The notes beneath the pieces were generated by a model. It was not told the DNA's origin. It did no database searches and saw nothing but the letters and a program-made list of their open reading frames with translations. Both the position numbers and the translations under genes were made by a program. This document shows, piece after piece, positions 54,285-64,000 of a stretch of DNA of 64,000 bases (positions are counted from its first letter, which is position 1; every line of letters starts with the position of its first letter). The stretch is from Octopus sinensis (taxonomy: Eukaryota): the NCBI RefSeq assembly GCF_006345805.1, contig NC_042999.1:61380001-61444000 (forward strand). The letters run 5' to 3'.

Positions 54285-54516
54285 ACATCGCAAAGCTGTG
54301 ACACGAGGAGATATTGATAAATCGGGTATAGTTGATCATGTATGGAAAAAATGGAGTCCACCTTCCCCTGTGGGGGAAATAGACAGAGAACACCACTGGA
54401 AAATACGAAAACTGAAAGAAGCAGCACATATGCTAGGACACAACATCCTAAGCAAACCGAGTGCAGATATGAGCTGCATATGGGAACTGGTATTAAGGAA
54501 GGATGGGAAATATTAG
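54283..54516 (+). mobile_element. Penelope-like GIY-YIG endonuclease C-terminal fragment
   Basis: EHRKAVTRGDIDKSGIVDHVW...IDREHHWKIRKLKEAAHM resembles the PLE endonuclease tail (EH...S.IA.H...R...KEA). Confidence 0.8.
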
Positions 54517-54561
54517 ATTTATAATCCCTAAAATTCACTCTATAATTGACCTGAACGACAA

Positions 54562-54592
<31 letters not shown>

Positions 54593-54603
54593 AACAACAA
54601 CAA

Positions 54604-54652
54604 CGTAGTGGTTAAGAGGGCGGGCTACTAACCCCATGATTCCGAGCAGTGA

Positions 54653-54660
<8 letters not shown>
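54604..54660 (+). other. tRNA-like head (A box, anticodon-arm-like), T arm/B box missing
   Basis: gtagtggttaagag D-loop/A-box-like; ggg-CTACTAA-ccc gives a 7-nt YU-NNN-AA loop. Confidence 0.55.
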
Positions 54661-54691
<31 letters not shown>

Positions 54692-54788
54692 TAATGATAA
54701 TAATAATAATCTTGTTTTTTTTTACATTAGTAAAAGTTTTTTTTTTACATTAGTTTTTTTACATTAATACAACACTAAATACAACACT

Positions 54789-56063
54789 ATAAATTCCTTA
54801 GCAGTTCCAGTTGTTACTTATAGCTACAATTTGTTGAACTGGAATATGAGTGAAGTAAAGAAAATAAATAGGAAAATACGCAAGCTGCTGAGTTGTAATA
54901 GGATGCACCACCCAAAGGCAGACGTAGATCGCCTTTACCTTCCCAGAGCCCAAGGAGGTCGAGGCCTGATCCAATTTGAACTAGCTTACAAAACAACCAC
55001 AATTGGACTGGCCAAATATCTCGAAATATCGAATGACTGGATGCTAAAGCTCGTGGAAAATCACGAGAGACGAAAGAAGCTTCATTCTATCATAAAGGAA
55101 AGCAAAAAATTTGCTATTGATCTCGTGCAGGATACCCAAACTGAACAACCCGAGGGAAGTACGGCAACTATTGTTGCAAAGAAGGTGACAATGATGGCAA
55201 TGAAAAAAGCGCACGAGCAATTGGCTGATAGGTGGGAGGAGAAACCTCTGCACGGCAAATATGTGACCCGCAGCAAACAAGCTGATGTTGACCAGAAGCA
55301 AACCCATCAGTGGCTACGGAGCTCAGGGCTAAAAGCAGAGAGCGAAGGTTTCATCCTGGCTGCTCAAGATCAAAGCCTATTAACCCGGAACTACCAGGCC
55401 AATGTGATGAAAAATGGAGCAGACCCAAAATGCCGATTCTGCAACGACATGATTGAAACAGTGGACCACCTAATCTCTGGATGTAAGGTCTTAGCACCAG
55501 TGGAGTATAAATTAAGACATGACAGAGTTGGCCAATATCTCCACTGGCTAATAAGTCGGCATTACAATATCAAAACTGCCGACAAGTGGTATAATCACCA
55601 CCCTGAGGCTGTAACTGAAGGAGAAAATGTAACCATTCTGTGGGACTTTCCAGTACATACAGACCGAACCATCACGGCCAATAAACCAGATATTGTTGTG
55701 AAAGACCAAAACAATAAAGTTTGCTTATTGATCGACATGAGCATCCCCTGTGATCATAATATCTCAGCGAAAGAGTTTGACAAGCTCAGAAAATATAAAG
55801 ACATACTCATTGAAATTGAGAAAATGTGGCATCTCAAGGCGGTTACAATACCAGTGATCGTAGGAGCACTAGGAATGATCAAGAAGGGAACCGAAAATTA
55901 TATGAGAATGATCCCTGGCTTACCATCCCTGCAAGAAGTGCAAAAGATTGTCTTAACTGGTACATCACACGTATTGAGAAGAGCATTGTCGATGTGGGAA
56001 CTGTTGCTGCTCATGTATTTTAATTTAAATTTAACTTTAAAAACAAAAAAGAAAAAAAATTAA
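54789..56063 (+). CDS. Uninterrupted 3' part of an R4/Dong-clade ORF (RT thumb, CCHC, PD-(D/E)xK endonuclease); 5' truncated; element ends ~56178 in (AAT)n
   Basis: INSLAVPVVTYSY lies in frame upstream of the tracked ORF; HPKADVDRLYLPRAQGGRGL; CRFC..ETVDHLISGC; LRHD; ILWDF; KPDIVV..LIDMSIP; KYKDI; no stops over ~425 codons. Confidence 0.93.
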   Translation: MNSLAVPVVTYSYNLLNWNMSEVKKINRKIRKLLSCNRMHHPKADVDRLYLPRAQGGRGLIQFELAYKTTTIGLAKYLEISNDWMLKLVENHERRKKLHSIIKESKKFAIDLVQDTQTEQPEGSTATIVAKKVTMMAMKKAHEQLADRWEEKPLHGKYVTRSKQADVDQKQTHQWLRSSGLKAESEGFILAAQDQSLLTRNYQANVMKNGADPKCRFCNDMIETVDHLISGCKVLAPVEYKLRHDRVGQYLHWLISRHYNIKTADKWYNHHPEAVTEGENVTILWDFPVHTDRTITANKPDIVVKDQNNKVCLLIDMSIPCDHNISAKEFDKLRKYKDILIEIEKMWHLKAVTIPVIVGALGMIKKGTENYMRMIPGLPSLQEVQKIVLTGTSHVLRRALSMWELLLLMYFNLNLTLKTKKKKN

Positions 56064-56177
56064 CGAACTACTGAGTTTGGTTTAATGGCCTACCAATGTA
56101 TACTATGAGTTTCTTTGCCCTAGGAGCCGGGAAGACACTCGGCAAGAAATGGAAGCAAATTTGAAAGAAGAAAAAAA

Positions 56178-56295
<118 letters not shown>

Positions 56296-56310
56296 TAATA
56301 ATAATAATAA

Positions 56311-56447
56311 CCTTAGGAATGAGAACACAGGTGCGAAATTTTACCCAAGACACCTGATGAAGGCTGGATGGCATATCAGCCGAAACGTTGTGTTAACAAC
56401 AAACAAGATGAGGACTCATATCCGTCAAATGTAAATAATGTAAACAA
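56311..56447 (+). mobile_element. Direct PLE terminal repeat (pLTR)
   Basis: Homologous to the inverted copy at 54141-54284; contains a hammerhead. Confidence 0.88.
56349..56394 (+). ncRNA. Minimal type I hammerhead ribozyme (PLE type)
   Basis: Stem I gacac/gtgtt; CTGATGA (56354-56360) + a; stem II ggctg/cagcc; GAAAC; palindromic ACGT stem III; cleavage triplet GTT (56387-56389). Confidence 0.75.
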
Positions 56448-57560
56448 TATTCATTCATATATATGATTCACTATCGGTATCAGTATATACTAAATGCAAT
56501 AACATTAAAATGTCTTTTAAACATTGTAGACATTCTTTATTTAAATGTAACAAGTATTGATTCGTTGAAAGTTTCTAGGAAATGCTTAAAATTAAAGAAG
56601 GAACGTAGGAGTTTCCGAGCGTACATGAACGTACGTGAACTTATTAGCTGTGGCTGAGATTAGGATAATTAAGTTAAGACTGAATGTACTGATTGTCGCA
56701 CGCAATCAATTCTTAATTGATTGGAATTTCCATTTTAACTGCGAACAGAAAACGAAACTTTAAAACTCTTAAACAAAAAAGGGAGATAATTTTAAGAAAT
56801 TAATAACCAAAATCTCAAAGTAAATTTACATACTTAGAAGACTGGAAACATTTTTAATAGACAAAAAGATGCTAATGTATTTCAAGTGTATAAGATCGTA
56901 ATTGTGTTGTATAGTCTGCTAAAATCTGCAAATCAGTTGACATCGATTGGTACATACAGAGAATTAAGTTACCAAAATTTGTTGATAGTTTAATTTGTAT
57001 AATTGAAATACGAGACCAAAGAGATTACATCTATATAACATGTGTGGGGGCTGCACTTTTAAAGAAGTAGGAAGATGGCAGCATCTTCTTCAGGCCTACT
57101 AAAGAGAGTTGCTTCTTCACAAAATAGAAGAATTGGAGACTGTTTCATCGCTTAATCATTGCGAAAGAGTACTACCCACGAAGAGTGGCATAGTGTGGGT
57201 TACCAGTGTCCAGTATATGAGGGAGGGCTATTGCTATCGGTCGTCATCGCCTTATTTATATTTGGTTTTAATTTTACATCTGTAAATAGTTTGGATTCAA
57301 GGTAACAGTATCACTGCCCATGACGTCAACAGCGCCTCCATGGTTGGTAACTGGGGGAAAACTTTATTCTCAAGTTGAAAACGTGGATTTTGCTAAAGAC
57401 ATCCAAGGTCCAGGTAGTGGTGCTACACTGATTGAATGATTAATTATGCCACTCACGTAAGTAAGACCATCTTGATTCTGAATTTTGAAAACACAAAGAG
57501 CTGGATAAAACTATGAAGCATCCTGCCAGACTCTTCTGCAATTCGCCAGCCTCAGATTTG

Positions 57561-57685
57561 TACTTTATTTATCGAACCAGGAAGGATGAAAGGCAAGGAT
57601 AGACTCAGCGGGATTTCAACTCAGAATGCAAAACGCCAGAATTAATATCATAAAGCATTTCAAACGATTTGCCAACCGCTCTGCA
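57561..57685 (-). mobile_element. Old SINE family A-like copy
   Basis: gtactttatttatcga...ggatgaaaggc...gatttcaactcagaa. Confidence 0.6.
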
Positions 57686-59336
57686 TACAAATTCCCCACC
57701 CAAATTGAATATACAATTTTAAGAACAGGCACGTGCGCTGCGATTTGTGGGGCAGAACACACTACATTATATCGATCCCATTATTCAACTTCCACTTCAT
57801 TTCAAAGAACTCGTAAAGATGAAACACTAAGTTCACCTTTGTGGGATTCGAACTTAAGCAACTGAAACAAAAAAGCGCCAGCCAATTTGTCGGACGCTTT
57901 AATTATTCTCACGCTCCATTACCATTTCAGGCGAATACAAAATAACAGCAAGTTACTGGCTTTTATGAAATACCATGGCAACCGATATTTGCGTAGGAAC
58001 TGAAAATGATTCTGCATATCGAACAGCGTTTAGTAGATAGAAAACTGTCTGCATCTAGTAAAATTCCTTTTCAAAGACGTAAACACTCATAGAATCGCAG
58101 TAGTTACAGTGAAATATTCAGTAGTTAGACTTATTGAACTGCAATATTCAATTATGCGCAGAGCGGGAATAGCAACTGATACTTGGATTTCCTGCGGGTT
58201 GTCTTTTCCTTTTATTATCGGGGTTCTATGTTCGACAGGATATTAACCGTTTCGTTTATATACCAGTCACAGCAATAACTTGTGCTCCTTTATTTATTAT
58301 TTTATCTGAACAGAAAGTTAGTTATAATAATTTGTTTAGGCTTTGTTCTTTTTTACAATAAAATATTACATTAAAAACAACTTTGTTTAATTCGATTTTT
58401 GTGCAATTTGACCAATTTTATGTCAACGTTTTAAAACAAACAAAATATTAGGTGGCAGGATTAACCTAGTTGGTACAAACATGTAAGAAAGAGGAATTTA
58501 GAGATTGCCAGAGAGAAAAGAATAAATATGATTGGTGCTTTCTGTCATTAATAGTGTTCGGAGTAATAATTTCAGAAGATAAAGGACGGCTGATTGAAAG
58601 TAAAGAATTAAGAGTGGGACCCATCGAGTACCTTCTGACCTACATAATTCAAACTTTAAAGATCTATGTCTTACAATCGTTAATTAAAATTCTTATTTAA
58701 AATGATTCATCTCAAATGATGGCATTTTTTTTAGTCACAAAGTTGCTCTGATCAAATATTTCAAAGAAAAAATTTGTGTAGACTTGACCTTCTTACTTTC
58801 CGAAGCATGGTGCACGTAAATTTACATTATTTGGTCACCATTTTTCAAAACATGTGATTGGTTATGTTTGATGAAAACTTTGCTGCCATTTCAAGCGGGC
58901 AAACGCATAGATGCTTTCTTGTTAGCACAAGTTCTAGAAAGTAAAACCCAATGTTGATTCAAATGTGTTTTAGATATTAAGTTCATATTATTGCCTGAAA
59001 TATGGAACAGAAGTTGTACACTTAAATTGCTATGATCCTTTTCAGATAGAGAACTTCCTCAGAGGATAATTTGACAAGAAATAAAAAAAAAAACATCAGA
59101 TTTTCGCAACTAACCTGAAGAAACTGCAACTGATGAGGAACGGAAGATAATATGGGCGTCATACATCTCCTAATATGGAAATAGTAGGAGAGAGAAACTG
59201 GGTGAGAGAGGGAGATGAAAACAGAAATGAAAGGTAGAAAGAGAAACGAGTGAGGGTCAGGTTTGTAGAAAAGTTAATGGGAGAGGAGAGTTGAAGGATA
59301 AGAATGGGATAACTGATAGGGATAAGAATGGGATAA

Positions 59337-59748
59337 GGCGGCGAGCTGGCAGAAACTTGAGCACGCCGGGTGAAATGCGTAGCGGTATTTCGTCTGCCGT
59401 TACGTTCTGAGTTCAAATTCCGCCAAGGTCGACTTTGCCTTTCATCCTTTCGGGGTCGATTAAATAAGTACCAGTTACGTAGAGGAGTCGATGTAATGGA
59501 CTTAATCCGTTTGTCTGTCCTTGTTTGTCCTCTCTCTGTTTATCCCCTTGTGGGCAGTAAAGAAATAGGTATTTCGTCTGCCGTTACATTCTGAGTTCAA
59601 ATTCCGCCGAGGTCGACTTTGCCTTTCATCCTTTTGGGGTCGATAAATTAAGTACCAGTTATGCACTGGGGTCGATGTAATCGACTTAATCCCTTTGTCT
59701 GTCCTTGTTTGTCCCCTATATGTTTAGCCCCCTGTGGGCAATAAACAA
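59337..59748 (+). mobile_element. SINE family A head-to-tail dimer (full unit + 5'-truncated unit) with 15-bp TSD
   Basis: Unit 1 59337-59567, unit 2 59568-59748; TSD ataagaatgggataa (59322-59336) / ataagcatgggataa (59749-59763). Confidence 0.9.
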
Positions 59749-60122
59749 ATAAGCATGGGATAACTGAACTAAGAAGAGGTTTTGAAAGAGAAGAAAAATA
59801 TCCGTTTAAACCGGTCGGTAGAATGGTTCCGACTTTGAACATAAAACGTTTTCTTTCAGTTTCCTTAATTTTACGGATCCATATTGAGCATATCCTGCAC
59901 ACATAATCGTTATTGTTGTTGGCGGTGGAGTATAAGTTAATCCTGATCGTGTCGATATGTTCTAAAATATATTTCTATTGACAACATTCAAACTTAGACT
60001 TAGTATACCCATACCAATAATATCTGCGTTGCTTCCTTTATGACTTGAAGATATGTTTTGAGAAATTTCGGATGCGTATATTGTAGCACAGTGAGGAATC
60101 ATGCAGTGGCTTCTTTTGCCTC

Positions 60123-60272
60123 GTGTGGTAAGTAGCTTGCTTACCAAGCACATGGTTCCGGGTTCAGTCCCACTGAGTGGTACCTTGGGCAAGTGTCTTC
60201 TACTATAGTCTCGGGCCGACCAAAGCCTTGTGAGTGGATTTGGTAGACGGAAACTGAAAGAAGCCCGTCGTA

Positions 60273-60335
<63 letters not shown>

Positions 60336-60575
60336 GTGTGTGTGTGTGTGTGTGTTTGTGTGTGTGTATATTTGTGTGTCTGTGTTTGTCCACCCAACAT
60401 CGCTTAACAACCGATGGTGGTGTGTTTACGTCCCCGTAAATTAGCGGTTCGACAAAAGTGACCCATGGAATAAGTACTAAGCTTACAAAGAATAAGTCCC
60501 GGGGTCGATTTGCTCAACTAAAAGACGGTGCTCCAGCATGGCCGCAGTCAAATGACTGAAACAAGTAAAAGAGTA
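60123..60575 (+). mobile_element. SINE family B, near full length
   Basis: Both halves and an internal TA/TG microsatellite. Confidence 0.9.
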
Positions 60576-60724
60576 AGATGAGTATATTTCATTGGGGTTT
60601 AAATTGTTTTGAAATATTTAGGTTCATGTAAGAATATAAAATCAAGAACTAGTAACACGTAAATTTATGTTACTCTGCTCTCACACTTGTGTAGTTTCCA
60701 TGAAGTGTTGTTGTTGCTGCTGCG

Positions 60725-60771
<47 letters not shown>

Positions 60772-60794
60772 TGCTGCTGTTGAGCACTGTTGCT

Positions 60795-61160
60795 GTTGAG
60801 CGAACGGTCTTCGTCCCAGAGCTCGCAAAATGGGAGAAGTCCGAAACGTGCTCCTTTGCTATTCGTAAGACCCGCAGAAGAGAAAGCAGGTCGACCCCCG
60901 ACACCGAGAGCATCGACAGATGGATGAATGCGCATCCAGGCTCAGTGGTTGCGTAGGAAGTCGGGGACAAGAAACAGGAAGAAAGAGTGAGAGATAGTTG
61001 GAGCGAAAGAGTTCAACAGGGGTCAACACCACCCCCTGCCAGAGCGTCGTGGAGCTTTAGGTGTTTTCGCTCAATAAACACACACAACGCCCGATCTGGG
61101 AATCGAAACCGCGATCCTCCGACCGTGAGTCCGCTGCCCTAACCACTGGGCCATTGCGCC
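60795..61160 (-). mobile_element. SINE family C (tRNA-derived head) within a (CAG/CAA)n tract
   Basis: Minus strand ggcgcaatggcccagtggttagggcagcggactcacgg...ggtttcgattccc with clear A and B boxes; tail merges into (CAA/CAG)n. Confidence 0.85.
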
Positions 61161-61785
61161 TTTGCTGCTGCTGCTGATGTTGCTGTTGTTGCTGCTGCAG
61201 TTATGGCTGTTATTGTTTGTTACTCTGCTGTTGCTTAACCCTTGGCTAAGTCACATGGAGCAGAGGTTTGTTGAATTTCATTCCACAGTCATTGTACCGT
61301 TCAGCATATTCTCCATTTCTTACACCGTAGATGGATCTTCGTTAATTTCGACGATGAGTACTCAAATGTTGATGTGCTGAACTACTTGATCAGAGAATTA
61401 TTAGATAAGTTACTAACTATTCCATAGACATGTCTATCCTCACCGTAATTACCGGACAGAATCAGTGTCAAGATATATATATAAGACAAAGCTATCTGTT
61501 TACAAATGCAACCCATCTTACGATTTTTCACATAGCTTTTGTCCCTTAAATACCATTTAAAATGAATGGATCAATATGAAGACATAATAAAAGATACTTA
61601 GATGACATGTAAAATGATCGAAGCCAATTTTTTGAGATAGCGCTGTGAGTAGTGTAACTATTCACCCACACCGGGGTGAACGCTATTATCCAATACTTCA
61701 GACTACACAGGGCGATTTACAGGATAATTAGCTTCTATATCTAGAAAACGTGTGACTATGTAGATATAATTTTCTTATCCATTTA

Positions 61786-62351
61786 TTGGGTTGTCCGGAA
61801 AGTTAGTGCCGATTTATTGTAGCTTACCTTTCGACTTATTTTAGAACATGTTTGGGTCCATAAAATAGGATTTCACTACACGTCCATTTAGAGCACAGTT
61901 TAAGCTATCTTTTCGTGGAAGAAAGTTTATGTTCCTATAACCTCTGTCAATTCTGTAACCTTTTAAAATGGAAGATAAGAAAGTTCATTTTCAGTACTTG
62001 ATACTTTGGGAACCAGACAAAAATTGCTGCAGCTCGACTGGAATGTGTTACCCCATCCTTCATATTCACCAAATTTTGCTCCTTCAGATTTCCACTTATT
62101 CAGGTCTCTGCAGAATGGTCTTAATGGTAAAAATTTCAATTCCTTGGATTACGTAAAAAGATACCTTGATGAATTATTTGCCATGAAACCACCTCAATTC
62201 CGGGAAGAGGGTATTTTCAAGTTAAAGAAAAGATGGAGACGCATTGTGCAACAAAATGGTTCATATGTGGTTGATTAATAATGTAATGGCAAGTATTTAT
62301 TGACCTTTTTCTTTCATTTACAAATCGGCACGAACTTTCCGGACAACCCAA
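61786..62351 (+). mobile_element. Internally deleted mariner transposon, copy 3
   Basis: TA-flanked TIRs; MEDKKVHF N-terminus fused out of frame to TRQKLLQLDWNVLPHPSYSPNFAPSDFHLFRSL. Confidence 0.93.
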
Positions 62352-62724
62352 TATTTAGCGTGATTCGTGTGTGGCATTTTATCAGACTATGAAGAAAAGA
62401 CATATGGTAAATTAATTTAACCAATCATAACACAGGTTATTGCTAATGGCTTTTGGCTGCAGATCATTCAGTCATCGCTTAGGATATATAGACATTACTT
62501 CAAATACAGAAGAAATCTAATTAAAATACCAATGACGATGTGGATATCGTACATTACACCTTTTGCAGAACATCAAATCCTAAATTCCGAACAAATTAAA
62601 AAATCACGTCCATAATTTTATTCACATCATCTCCTTCTCACATAAAGCTGCCACAGAGGAAATTTGAATTCATCTGAGTATGCGTGTGTTTGTATATGTA
62701 TACAAAAATACACTCGTACGAACG

Positions 62725-62774
<50 letters not shown>

Positions 62775-62784
62775 TATATACATT

Positions 62785-62867
<83 letters not shown>

Positions 62868-64000
62868 AATATATATGCACATATATATGTATATACATAT
62901 ATATATATGTGTGTGTATGTATATATATATATATATTTACATATATAATATAAACGCATATATTTTCATATATATATATATATATATGGATAGATATGTA
63001 TAGGCACACACACACATATATATATATCCTTATATATATAAAAGTATATCCATATATATATATATGTGTGTGTGTGTTGTAAATATATGTGTATTTGTTG
63101 TTTGTGTCTGTGTGTTGTGTGTTTATTTGCATTCGTAATTTTATAGCCTCACTCTCTAACCTCAATAACTAATCTCCACAGATCAGTATGAAATCCACCC
63201 ACGCACCCTGATTACTTTCGCATGATTACTTCTTGATAAACCTCACACCATTGAGGGGAATAGAATCTAGAGACGTTAATCCTCCTTCTATTAACCCATT
63301 TGTACTTCGAAATGATACGCGTCTTTCGTTTGCCAGTTTGGCGCCATGCAAATCAGATAAGATTTGTGTTTGATTTGATAGAATGCAATTTCCATGATAA
63401 AACAGTGATACATGAACATTAACGTTATCGATTTTATGCTAGAAAAAGTTATATAATTATAAACATCGGCACACACATGTAACATTACTTTCTGAAATAG
63501 AAACGGTTGAAAGGTGAAAGTATCAACAGACATGACAATAAAAATTTGAAGGAAATTTATTATTCTGGTTTGTATATATAATACATAGCAACTAACTCAA
63601 CTTGCGAACTAAGTTTTTATTTCTGTACTCTATATATTTTCCGACAACCACCATTACCAGCACGTTTTATATTCCTTCTATGATTTACTATCAGGGCCAT
63701 CCTCAATGTCTGACTACCGGAGATCTCACCTGACAGTAATTTCAACGTGGAGAAACAACCATATCGACTTTCTTGTTACTCTATACTGAGCGACCGGATA
63801 TTATAGTAGCATGTACAGAGGGATCACATGGAACAATCATGTTCTAAGTCTGGCAAAAATCCGAAAAAATAAAAAGAAAGAAAAATGTAAAAGGAAAAAG
63901 AAAATGTATTGGAGTAGTTTGCTAGGTTGTGTACGTACTTCCTGCAAATGAAAACCGATATTTTTATTGGTAATAGAGTGAACTAAAAGTATCTGTTGGC

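Noticed and set aside
57288-57415. Possible host exon (AG...GT, open frame WIQGNSITAHDVNSASMVGNWGK...)
   Set aside because: Weak splice signals, no recognisable domain, no neighbouring exons.
59337-59567. SINE heads as functional tRNA genes; SINE arrays as CRISPR-like repeats
   Set aside because: No complete cloverleaf or acceptor stem. The copies are dispersed, diverged and tailed like SINEs, with no regular repeat-spacer array or cas genes, in eukaryotic DNA.
63700-63830. RPDIIV motif suggesting an RLE retrotransposon relic
   Set aside because: A single short motif with no supporting CCHC or downstream residues.

Overview
AT-rich, microsatellite-saturated animal genomic DNA with no recognisable host gene. 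Almost all ORFs in the track are translations of (TA)n/(CA)n/(AAT)n/(CAG)n repeats. The repeat content points to an octopus-like cephalopod (inference). It comprises four tRNA-headed SINE families (about 20 copies), four R4/Dong-clade non-LTR retrotransposon fragments with CCHC and PD-(D/E)xK endonuclease motifs, RTE LINE remnants, three copies of one internally deleted mariner, two MITEs, and many Penelope-like element (PLE) pieces with hammerhead-ribozyme (HHR) cores. Best leads: (1) 54.1-56.4 kb, a nested PLE in which a tRNA-like head is fused to a PLE terminal repeat carrying an apparently intact minimal hammerhead, split by a young Dong element inserted in its (AAT)n tract; (2) an R4-clade element whose 3' end runs into a conserved 28S rRNA segment rather than (AAT)n; (3) a clean twin-priming inversion in an RTE LINE with a 12-bp TSD; (4) an LTR-like R-spacer-R unit built from a SINE plus a PLE ORF; (5) fold-back hairpins broken inside PLE hammerheads. 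Family assignments come from motif recognition by eye, not database searches.
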